A stretch of 64,000 bases of DNA from Planctomycetota bacterium (GTDB lineage Bacteria; Planctomycetota; UBA1135; UBA2386). The notes under the pieces were generated by a model. It was given only the letters and a program-made list of their open reading frames with translations. It searched no databases and was not told the origin of the DNA. The translations under genes and the position numbers were made by a program. The stretch is taken from positions 4,512,001-4,576,000 of the forward strand of contig OZ245838.1 of assembly GCA_965228735.1 (NCBI GenBank), read 5' to 3'. Positions within the stretch are counted from its first letter, which is position 1. Each line of letters begins with the position of its first letter. Below, piece after piece: positions 18,672 through 26,498 of the stretch.

Positions 18672-18890
18672 CTACATCAGCGCGTAGATGAACGGCGCGA
18701 CACCGGTCGCTCCGAGCACGAGCAGCACGCCGAGCAGCAGGAACACGACGAGGATCGGCGTGAGCCACCACACCTTGTTCTCGGCCATGAACTGCACGAA
18801 CTCGCCGACGATGCCCTTGTCCTCACCGCCCGCAGCCTGCAGGAATTCGTCATCGGTCGGGTCGGTCTGCTTGTCGTCGTTTTCGGTCAT
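18672..18890 (-). CDS. Small membrane protein, DUF5989/SxtK-like
   Basis: EFVQFMAENKVWWLTPILVVFLLLG...VAPFIYALM matches the family pattern KxWLxP...APFIY as recalled. Context supports it. Confidence 0.75.
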   Translation of the reverse strand: MTENDDKQTDPTDDEFLQAAGGEDKGIVGEFVQFMAENKVWWLTPILVVFLLLGVLLVLGATGVAPFIYALM

Positions 18891-18944
18891 GGTCGGTCGA
18901 GGTGGTTGTCTGGGCTGCGGACCCGCGGGGGGTCAGCCGCATCG

Positions 18945-19379
18945 TCAGTATAACTTGAAATAGCTGGCGGGGCTGCGCGGCGGGCCGCGGTCGTGCCAGT
19001 AGGACGTCGCCTCGGGGTCCGGGCGGCGGCCGAGCACGTCGCGGCCGATGAGGCGGAACACCAGCGCGATCGGCGTCATCACGAGGTAGTAGATGGCCGC
19101 CATCAGCACGTGCGACAGCACGAAGCCGATCGGCAGTGCGATCACCATCAGCACGACGAAGATCACGCGTGTCAGCGGCTTGAAACCCGCGAGGAACGCG
19201 ACGAGCTGCAGGACGCCCGCGCCGAGCGCCCAGAGGACCGCCTGGTGCGAGATCGCCTCGCCCCAGTCGAAGCCACTGAACTTGAGGACCGCGAACGCGA
19301 TCAGCGGCAGGCCGAGCACCGCGATGAACGCGAACTGTTTGAGCTGCGCTTCGGGCGGGTTGGTTTCGAGCTTGAACAT
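18945..19379 (-). CDS. SxtJ-family membrane protein
   Basis: TM segments, then PIGFVLS...IYYLVMTPIALVFRLIGRDVL...SYW, directly downstream of the carbamoyltransferase. Confidence 0.8.
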   Translation of the reverse strand: MFKLETNPPEAQLKQFAFIAVLGLPLIAFAVLKFSGFDWGEAISHQAVLWALGAGVLQLVAFLAGFKPLTRVIFVVLMVIALPIGFVLSHVLMAAIYYLVMTPIALVFRLIGRDVLGRRPDPEATSYWHDRGPPRSPASYFKLY

Positions 19380-19400
19380 CGGGCGGCGGCGTTCGTGGTG

Positions 19401-21233
19401 CTAGTCGAGGGCGAAGGCGGACAGGTACTTCTCGCGGTCGACCTCGGGGAGGTCCTTCTGCGCGACGCGACGGATGACGAAGTTCTCGAGGACGAGCACG
19501 TCCATCTCCGTGCCGAGGAAGCAGCGCAGCGCGTCCTGCGGGGTGCAGACGATCGGTTCGCCGCGCACGTTGAAGCTCGTGTTGATGAGCACCGGGCAGC
19601 CCGTGCGCTCCTTGAAGCGCGTCATCATCCGCGCGAGTCGCGGGTTGCGTTCGTTGTCGACGGTCTGCAGGCGCGCCGAGTAGTCGACGTGCGTGACCGC
19701 CGGGATGTCGGATCGCAGCTGCTTGAGCTTGTCGAGCCCCATGAGACCGGGTTCGACGTCCTTGCGCTTGTCGTCCCGCACGGGCGCGACGATCAGCATG
19801 TAGGGGCTGTCGTGGCGCTCTTCGATGTCGAAGTACTCGCTCGCGTCGTCGCGCAGCACGATCGGCGCGAACGGCCGGAACGACTCGCGGAACTTGATCT
19901 TCAGGTTCATCACACTCTGCATCTTGGGCGAGCGCGCGTCGCCGATGATGCTGCGCGAACCGAGCGCGCGCGGCCCGAACTCCATCGGGCCCTGGAACCA
20001 CCCGATGACGTTCTCCTCCTCGATGAGCTGCGCGACGCGGTCGGCGAGTTGCTCCTCGCTCTCGCACTCCTCGTAATTGACGTTCTCGCCGCTGAGGAAG
20101 CTGCGGATGTCGTCGCTCTCGTACTTCGGCCCGAGCAGGCTGCCGCGCTGCGAATCGCCGGTCGACACCGTCCGCGGCTTGTTGAGCAGGTTGTGCCAGA
20201 CCATCTGCGCGCAGCCGAGCGCCCCGCCCGCGTCACCGGCCGCGGGCTGGATCCAGATCTTGTCGAACGGGCCCTCGCGCAGGATCTTGCCGTTGCCGAC
20301 GCAGTTGAGCGCGACGCCGCCCGCGAGGCAGAGGTTGCTCTTGCCGGTCACTTCGTGCGCGTGGCGCACCGTGCGCAGCATGACCTCCTCGGTGACCTTC
20401 TGCACCGACGCGGCCAGGTCCATGTGACGCTGCTCGAGGTCGGTCTCGGGCCGCCGCGGGTCGCTGCCGAACAGCTGGTGGAATTTCGGGCCCGTCATCG
20501 TGAGGCCCTGGCAGTAGTTGAAGTAGCTCTGGTCGAGGCGGAACGACCCGTCCGCCTTGAGGTCGATCAGGTTGTCGAGGATCAGCTGCTCGTACTTCGG
20601 CTCGCCATACGGCGCGAGGCCCATGAGCTTGTACTCGCCGCTGTTGACCTTGAAGCCGCAGTAGTAGGTGAACGCGGAGTAGAGCAGCCCGATCGAATGC
20701 GGGAAGCGCACCTCCTTCAGCATCCGCATCTTGTTGCCCTCGCCGACCGCGATCGACGTCGTCGCCCACTCGCCGACGCCGTCCATCGTGACGATCGCGG
20801 CCTCCTCGAACGGCGACGGGAAGAACGCCGACGCCGCGTGGCTCTCGTGGTGCTCGGGGAACACGTACCGGTTCTTCGGCTTGACCCCGAGGCTCTTGGT
20901 CAGCTGGCTGCGCATGTGCAGCTTCTTGCCGAGCCAGATCGGCACGGCCTTGCTGAACGACTTCAACCCGATCGGCGCGAACCCGATGTAGGTCTCGATC
21001 AGCCGATGGAACTTCAGGATCGGCTTGTCGTAGAACGCGACGAAGTCGATGTCCTTGGCCGTGATCCCCGCGGTATCGAGGCAGTAGCGCACCGCGTTCG
21101 CGGGGAATTCGGCGTCGTGCTTCCTGCGGGTGAAGCGTTCTTCCTGAACCGCCGCGACGATCTCGCCATCGCACAGCAGGGCGGCGGCCGAGTCGTGGTA
21201 ATAGGCAGAGATGCCGAGGACGTAGGTGGGCAT
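19401..21233 (-). CDS. O-carbamoyltransferase, NodU/CmcH (SxtI/TobZ-like) family
   Basis: LGISAYYHDSAAAL, QEERFTR, EHHESHAASAFF, DGVGEW, GEYKLMGLAPYG, AGGVALNC, EFGPRALG, KFRESFRPFAP, NTSFNVRGEPIV. Confidence 0.95.
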   Translation of the reverse strand: MPTYVLGISAYYHDSAAALLCDGEIVAAVQEERFTRRKHDAEFPANAVRYCLDTAGITAKDIDFVAFYDKPILKFHRLIETYIGFAPIGLKSFSKAVPIWLGKKLHMRSQLTKSLGVKPKNRYVFPEHHESHAASAFFPSPFEEAAIVTMDGVGEWATTSIAVGEGNKMRMLKEVRFPHSIGLLYSAFTYYCGFKVNSGEYKLMGLAPYGEPKYEQLILDNLIDLKADGSFRLDQSYFNYCQGLTMTGPKFHQLFGSDPRRPETDLEQRHMDLAASVQKVTEEVMLRTVRHAHEVTGKSNLCLAGGVALNCVGNGKILREGPFDKIWIQPAAGDAGGALGCAQMVWHNLLNKPRTVSTGDSQRGSLLGPKYESDDIRSFLSGENVNYEECESEEQLADRVAQLIEEENVIGWFQGPMEFGPRALGSRSIIGDARSPKMQSVMNLKIKFRESFRPFAPIVLRDDASEYFDIEERHDSPYMLIVAPVRDDKRKDVEPGLMGLDKLKQLRSDIPAVTHVDYSARLQTVDNERNPRLARMMTRFKERTGCPVLINTSFNVRGEPIVCTPQDALRCFLGTEMDVLVLENFVIRRVAQKDLPEVDREKYLSAFALD

Positions 21234-21285
21234 TGGGGGCGGAGAAGCATAGCCGCGGCCGGTATGCTGCCAACGCTCGCCCGCG

Positions 21286-22581
21286 ATGAAGTCCACGATC
21301 AAGAAGAGAGTGCTCCTGCTGACCCTCTCGACGGCGGTCGTCGGACTGCTGGCCGAGTTCGGCTATCGCGCCCTTGGCGGCGCGGCCACGCCGCCGCCAG
21401 CCATGCACTTCCGGGCCGCGGACCGCACGCTGCTGCCGGACAAACCGACCGCCGAGGAGGACCTCGCGTTCCGGCTCCAGATCCAGGTGCCATGGCCCCG
21501 CCAGGACCTGCCCCCGGGGATTCCGACGACGCCGGCGGTGGGGGCGAGCGCCCCGTGGTTCGGGACGGGCTACCCGATGCCGCGCACCGAGAACGTGTTG
21601 TCGAACGTGACGTGGAAGCCGAACTCGCGCTTCTTCATCTGCTACCGCGGCCTGCAGCAGCCGTACTTCGACGCGGACGGCTGCGTCGAGTACCGATTCA
21701 ATCGCTTCGGCCTGCGCGAGCGCGACGACCTGCAGCTCGAGAAACCCGCGGGCACCAAACGCGTGGTCTGCCTCGGTGATTCCTTCACGCTCGGGTGGGG
21801 CGTGCGACGCGAACACAACTGGCCGGTGCTCGTCGAGCGTGAGCTGGCAAGGAGCCAACAGGTGACGGGCCAGCAGGACGGCGCGGTGGCCGTGCAGGTG
21901 CTCAATTGCGGCGGCACGGGCTCGGCCTACGCGGATGAATACGAGCTCGCGCTGCGGCACCGCCACGGGCGTTTCGACCCCGACCTCGTCCTCGTCACGC
22001 TCTGTCTCAACGACCTGTTCGTGACCAACGGCAAGCTCGGCCACTACCGCACGCTCGCACTGCCGGACGGCGACCTGCCCGAGTCCGAGCGGCGCTGGTG
22101 GATGGGTTCGCGCCTGCTGCACGACCTCGTCCGCGGCGTGGCCGCGAGTTGGGCCCTCGCGCTCGATCCGCAGCGCGACTGGGTCGGCGAGCTCATGCAG
22201 CTGCCCGGCGACCACCTGTGGTACCGCAACAAGAACGAGACGCCCGCGGTCTATTGGGTCGGCGGCGCGCCGCAGCGCAGCCTGCGCGGCATCCGCGACT
22301 GGTGCGACGAGCACGATTGCCAAGCCGCGGTCGTGATCTGGCCGCTGCTGCAGGGACTCGGCGCCGGCCGCGAGTATCCGTTCACCAAGATGCACGACCT
22401 CGTGCGCGAGTTCTGCGCGAGTGAGGCCATCCCGTGCCTCGACCTGCTGCCCGTGCTCGCGGACCACGCGCAAGAAGCGCTGTGGGTCAGCCCCGCGGAC
22501 ATGCACCCGAACGAACACGCGCAGAGGGTCGTCTACGCGAGCATCGCGGCGTTCGTTGCGGATGGGCTCGGGCTGAAGTAG
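21286..22581 (+). CDS. SGNH/GDSL hydrolase, N-terminally membrane anchored
   Basis: CLGDSFT (block I), LCLND (block III), ADMHPN (DxH, block V). Confidence 0.85.
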   Translation: MKSTIKKRVLLLTLSTAVVGLLAEFGYRALGGAATPPPAMHFRAADRTLLPDKPTAEEDLAFRLQIQVPWPRQDLPPGIPTTPAVGASAPWFGTGYPMPRTENVLSNVTWKPNSRFFICYRGLQQPYFDADGCVEYRFNRFGLRERDDLQLEKPAGTKRVVCLGDSFTLGWGVRREHNWPVLVERELARSQQVTGQQDGAVAVQVLNCGGTGSAYADEYELALRHRHGRFDPDLVLVTLCLNDLFVTNGKLGHYRTLALPDGDLPESERRWWMGSRLLHDLVRGVAASWALALDPQRDWVGELMQLPGDHLWYRNKNETPAVYWVGGAPQRSLRGIRDWCDEHDCQAAVVIWPLLQGLGAGREYPFTKMHDLVREFCASEAIPCLDLLPVLADHAQEALWVSPADMHPNEHAQRVVYASIAAFVADGLGLK

Positions 22582-22635
22582 CGCGCCCTGCATCAGCTAG
22601 CGCCACCGCGGCTGGCTCCGACCGAACGGCGCGCT

Positions 22636-24126
22636 TCAGAACACGGTGATCGCGCGTCCAACCGTCGCCGATGCGCGCACGCCGAAGCCCTGGAACGCGC
22701 CCGTCGGGTCGAGCGCCGCGCCCTGCCAGAACAGCGTCACGCCGGTGGTGCCGGCCGGCGGGATCGACCAGTGGACCGCGAACTCGCCCATCGGATTCGC
22801 GAGGCCCGCGAGCACGGCGTGGGAGCCCGGACCGATGTCCACCTGCAGGCCGCACGGGCCCGCCGTCGCGCCGAGCGATGCGAGGATCACCGCGAGGCTG
22901 GTGGGCGGCACGTTGCGCAGTTCGACCGCGCAGTTGGTGTTGCCCGGTGACGCGACGCCGATCGCGAGTTCGGGTGCGCCAGCGGCACCCGGGCAGGCAT
23001 TCCCGTAGATCGCGCGGTTCTCCCAGCGGTGCAGTCGGTAGTAGTGCAGGAACGGCCGGTTCTGGAACAGGTCGGGGTCGCCGTCGCCGTCGCCGTCTGC
23101 GAGGAAGCTGTTGAGCCCGAACCCCGGCAGGGCCATGCCGGCGGACAGACCGCCCGACCCGTCGCCGCGGTAGAGCAGGGCCGCTGGCGGCACGTTCGGG
23201 TCGGACGTGAAGAACACCAGATCGCGATTGCCGTCGGCATCGAGATCGTGCGCTTCCGGCCAAACGTGGTCGACCGGGAGCGGCATGACCGAGCCTGCGA
23301 CGAGGCCGTTGCCGCTGCCGAAGTGCAGCTGGATCGAAGCCGAGGTCGACACCGACCCGGGCAGATACTGCAGCACGTCCGCGAAACCGTCCCGATCGAG
23401 ATCGCCCGCCGGAACGAGGTTCGTCAGCCCTTGGAGCGCAGCCGTGCCCTGCCCCGGAGTGAAGTTGCCGCCGAAGATGACCGCGATGCTGTTCGGCGTG
23501 TCCGAGTAGACGATATCCGGCAGCGTGTCACCGTTGACGTCCGCGAGCGTCACCGATGTGGTGCCGGCCACGGTCGCCGACAGCGCGAGCGCGAAGGCAC
23601 CGCTTTGCTGCTGCTCGTAGACCTCGACCGCCTGCGTGGTCGTCCCGCTGAGCACCAGATCGACGCGACCATCGCCCGTCACGTCGCCGGCCAGCAGGCC
23701 CACTCCGGAGAAGTAGGTGGTCACCCCCGGCACGACGGTGACGGGCGATCCGAACGTCCCGTCGCCATTGCCGAACATGATCTGGACGTCGGAGGCGGCA
23801 ACGAACTCTGACGGGCTCAGCAGCAGATCGAGCGCGCCGTCGTTGTCGAAGTCGGCAGTCGCGGCGATCGGTCGACCGATCGGTCCGATCGTCATGCCCG
23901 TCCTGGGCCCGCTGAGAACGAGCCCCTCGAACCCAACGACACCGTTGGAATCCCATGTGAGGGCATCGAGCTGACCGTCATTGTCGAAATCGCCGAGCAG
24001 CCGCCCGGCGATCGGATTGCTCACCGTCAACCAGGTCCGCGGCCGGAAGCCCTGACCGGGGAGCAGCTGGCCGAGACCGACCATCGCCAGCGCAACCAGG
24101 AGGAGACGGTTCAGGGAACAGGGCAT
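22636..24126 (-). CDS. Secreted FG-GAP/VCBS repeat protein
   Basis: Seven DxDxDG-type repeats (DFDNDGQLD, DFDNDGALD, DVTGDGRVD, DVNGDTLPD, DLDRDGFAD, DLDADGNRD, DGDGDGDPD). Signal peptide. C-terminal YGNACPG domain. Confidence 0.85.
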   Translation of the reverse strand: MPCSLNRLLLVALAMVGLGQLLPGQGFRPRTWLTVSNPIAGRLLGDFDNDGQLDALTWDSNGVVGFEGLVLSGPRTGMTIGPIGRPIAATADFDNDGALDLLLSPSEFVAASDVQIMFGNGDGTFGSPVTVVPGVTTYFSGVGLLAGDVTGDGRVDLVLSGTTTQAVEVYEQQQSGAFALALSATVAGTTSVTLADVNGDTLPDIVYSDTPNSIAVIFGGNFTPGQGTAALQGLTNLVPAGDLDRDGFADVLQYLPGSVSTSASIQLHFGSGNGLVAGSVMPLPVDHVWPEAHDLDADGNRDLVFFTSDPNVPPAALLYRGDGSGGLSAGMALPGFGLNSFLADGDGDGDPDLFQNRPFLHYYRLHRWENRAIYGNACPGAAGAPELAIGVASPGNTNCAVELRNVPPTSLAVILASLGATAGPCGLQVDIGPGSHAVLAGLANPMGEFAVHWSIPPAGTTGVTLFWQGAALDPTGAFQGFGVRASATVGRAITVF

Positions 24127-24197
24127 GTTCTGCGGTGGGCAACACTCGTGCCACGCCGACCCAGGTTCGTGCCGAGTCGGCGATCCCGGAGCACGGT

Positions 24198-24236
24198 GTT
24201 CTCGTGCCGGGTTCTCGTGCCGGCTTCTCGTGCCGG
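24198..24236. repeat. 13-bp tandem direct repeat x3 (STTCTCGTGCCGG) in divergent intergenic region
   Basis: Directly visible: GTTCTCGTGCCGG GTTCTCGTGCCGG CTTCTCGTGCCGG. Confidence 0.9.
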
Positions 24237-24309
24237 TTGCCAGCCGCTACCAGTTGTCGCAGTCGTTACGCCGCAGAAGCGATAGGATCCGCTCGCCGCG
24301 CCCGACCGC

Positions 24310-25458
24310 ATGACCCGCCGACGAACCAGCCTCATTGCCCGCGTGATGCTCGCGACGATCGTGCTCGGCGTCACGCTCGGGATCGCCGAGTTCGTCGTGC
24401 GGCGGCTGCCGCCGCCACCGCCGCCGCTCGGGCAACTCAGCTACCAGGATCGCGACGGCCAACCCGTCACGCTCGCGGACGCGGTCGCGCGCGGCCAGAT
24501 CGTGCCCGTGCCGCCGCGCAAGACGCCGCGCGCGCGGTTCACGTGGGGGCCGAACGCCGACTTCTATCTGTGCTACAGCGACGCCGAGGCGCTGCGCCGC
24601 GACTGGTTCGACGACCAGGGCCGCGTGTTCGTCGACATCAACGAGCACGGCCTGCGCGACCGCACGGGACTGCCGGTGCAAAAGCCCGCCGGCCAGCAGC
24701 GCATCCTCTGCGTCGGCGACTCGTTCACGTTCGCGTGGGGGATCCCGATCGAGCTCGGGTGGGTGCGGTTGCTCGAAGAACGGCTGCGGGCGGACGACCG
24801 CGATCTCGTCACGATCAACTGCGGCGCGGTCGGCGCGCTCTGCGTCGACGAGTACCAGTGGGCGGTCGAACACCGCTTCGGCAAGTTCGAGCCCGACGTC
24901 GTGATCCTCACGATCTGCCTCAACGACCTGATCCCGAGCAGCGGTCTGTTCGTGCAGGGGCCGGCGCCCGACACGGGCAGTCGGCTCCTCGACCTCGTGC
25001 TCGGCGCGGCCGGCCATTCGCCGCTCGCGCTGGATCCGGACCGCGACTGGGTCGGCGAACTGCTCGCGTTGCCGCGCGCAGCCGGCGAGGCCGGCGGGCT
25101 CTACGGCCGCGACAAGCCGTTCGACGCGATGTGGTCGCAGGGCGCACCGCAGGCCGCGTTGGCCGCGCTGAAGACCTGGTGCGAAGCACACAACTGTCGA
25201 CTGTTGGTGACGTTGTGGCCGTTCCTCCAAGGGCTCGGGCCCGGCCGGCACTACGCCTTCGAGCCGCTGCACGAGCTGGTCGCGGCCGAATGCCAACGCC
25301 TCGGGATCCCGTTCCACGACGTGCTGCCGGCGCTGCGCGACACGCCGGCCGAGGACCTCTGGGTCACGCCTGCCGACATGCACGCAAACCCGACGGCCCA
25401 ACGCCTCGCGACGCCCGGGATCGAGGCGTTCGTTCGCGAACACTCTGGACTCTTCTGA
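24310..25458 (+). CDS. SGNH/GDSL hydrolase, paralog of 21286..22581
   Basis: CVGDSFT, ICLND, ADMHAN. Shares ALDPxRDWVGEL, GAPQ and WPxLQGLG with the first copy. Confidence 0.85.
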   Translation: MTRRRTSLIARVMLATIVLGVTLGIAEFVVRRLPPPPPPLGQLSYQDRDGQPVTLADAVARGQIVPVPPRKTPRARFTWGPNADFYLCYSDAEALRRDWFDDQGRVFVDINEHGLRDRTGLPVQKPAGQQRILCVGDSFTFAWGIPIELGWVRLLEERLRADDRDLVTINCGAVGALCVDEYQWAVEHRFGKFEPDVVILTICLNDLIPSSGLFVQGPAPDTGSRLLDLVLGAAGHSPLALDPDRDWVGELLALPRAAGEAGGLYGRDKPFDAMWSQGAPQAALAALKTWCEAHNCRLLVTLWPFLQGLGPGRHYAFEPLHELVAAECQRLGIPFHDVLPALRDTPAEDLWVTPADMHANPTAQRLATPGIEAFVREHSGLF

Positions 25459-25792
25459 ACGCTACGTGGTGTAGCTCCGTTGCCCGCCAACCCCATGATC
25501 TGGCGGTTGGGCGGTCGAACTCGCACGGCACCCGGGCGACCGGCGCTAAGCCCTGATGGCGAAACGGGAAAGTCTGAAATTGACCACGGGATGACGATCT
25601 TTTAGATGGGTCGCCCTTTCCGGGCCTGCACGTGCTCTTACCCGACCGGATCCTCGAGCCTCGGCTCGACGCCACGGATTCGGCTCGGTCCCGAACGTTC
25701 CATGCGCTGCTCCGCACTGCGGACGGCGTTTGGACGTTCCGCCCTAACTCATGCGACCGTAACACCATCCGCTCCGGCGGGAGGGATCCACA

Positions 25793-26470
25793 TTGTCCGA
25801 TCTGTTCCCAAAGTGGACCAACAAGGTCCCCGGCATGCTCGCGCTCGGCGCGGCTGTTCTGGGCCTGTCCGTCGTGTTCATCGTCTCCTACTGGTTCTCG
25901 CCGAAGCACACGGACGTCGGCTACCAGCCGTTCCAACCGGTCCCGTACAGCCACAAGCTGCACGCGGGCGCGCTCGGAATGGACTGTCGCTACTGCCACC
26001 GCATGGTCGAGGAAGGCCCGCACGCGTCGATCCCGGACAACGACACCTGCATGGGCTGCCACGCGCACGTGAAGAAGGACAGCCAGCTGCTCGCGCCGCT
26101 GCGTGAGGCCTACGGCGATGGTGGCGCGGACAACGAGCCGCTCGAGTGGATCAAGGTCCACATGCTGCCGGACTACGCCTACTTCAACCACGCGGTGCAC
26201 ATCCACGCGGGTGTCGGCTGCCAGAGCTGCCACGGTCGCATCGACCAGATGGAGATCGTGCGCCAGGTGCAGCCGCTGTCGATGGGCTGGTGCCTCGAGT
26301 GTCACCGCGACCCGACGCCGCACATCCGACCCGACTCCGTGTCCGTAACCGAGATGGGCTGGGAGCCCGACGAGGCCAGCATCGCCGCCGCGCGCGCCCG
26401 CCTCGAATGGGCCGGCACGACTCCGCCCGAACTCAACCCGCCGGAGCACTGCTCGGCGTGTCACCGCTAA
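25793..26470 (+). CDS. actA: Alternative complex III pentaheme cytochrome c subunit A
   Basis: Five CxxCH motifs (CRYCH, CMGCH, CQSCH, CLECH, CSACH), PYSHKLHAG, FNHAVH, N-terminal TM. TTG start. Confidence 0.9.
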   Translation: MSDLFPKWTNKVPGMLALGAAVLGLSVVFIVSYWFSPKHTDVGYQPFQPVPYSHKLHAGALGMDCRYCHRMVEEGPHASIPDNDTCMGCHAHVKKDSQLLAPLREAYGDGGADNEPLEWIKVHMLPDYAYFNHAVHIHAGVGCQSCHGRIDQMEIVRQVQPLSMGWCLECHRDPTPHIRPDSVSVTEMGWEPDEASIAAARARLEWAGTTPPELNPPEHCSACHR

Positions 26471-26498
26471 CACCTCGCCAACGCCAACCGCTGCCACG

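Noticed and set aside
18672..21233. Saxitoxin biosynthesis cluster
   Set aside because: Only SxtI/J/K-like families are present. No sxtA, sxtG, sxtB or other core genes, and this trio is not toxin-specific.
18993..21779. 928-aa + strand ORF, and similar long ORFs such as 26433..29261(-), 39404..42052(-), 59744..62218(-) and most of 39517..42987(+)
   Set aside because: Stop-poor alternative or antisense frames of well-supported genes, as expected at this GC content. No motifs. Only the 3' part of 39517..42987 (from 41998) is a real gene.
25580..25607. TTGACC...TAGATG as sigma70 promoter or FNR box for the act operon
   Set aside because: The -10 match and spacing are poor and the FNR palindrome's second half is missing. 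Not supportable without TSS data.
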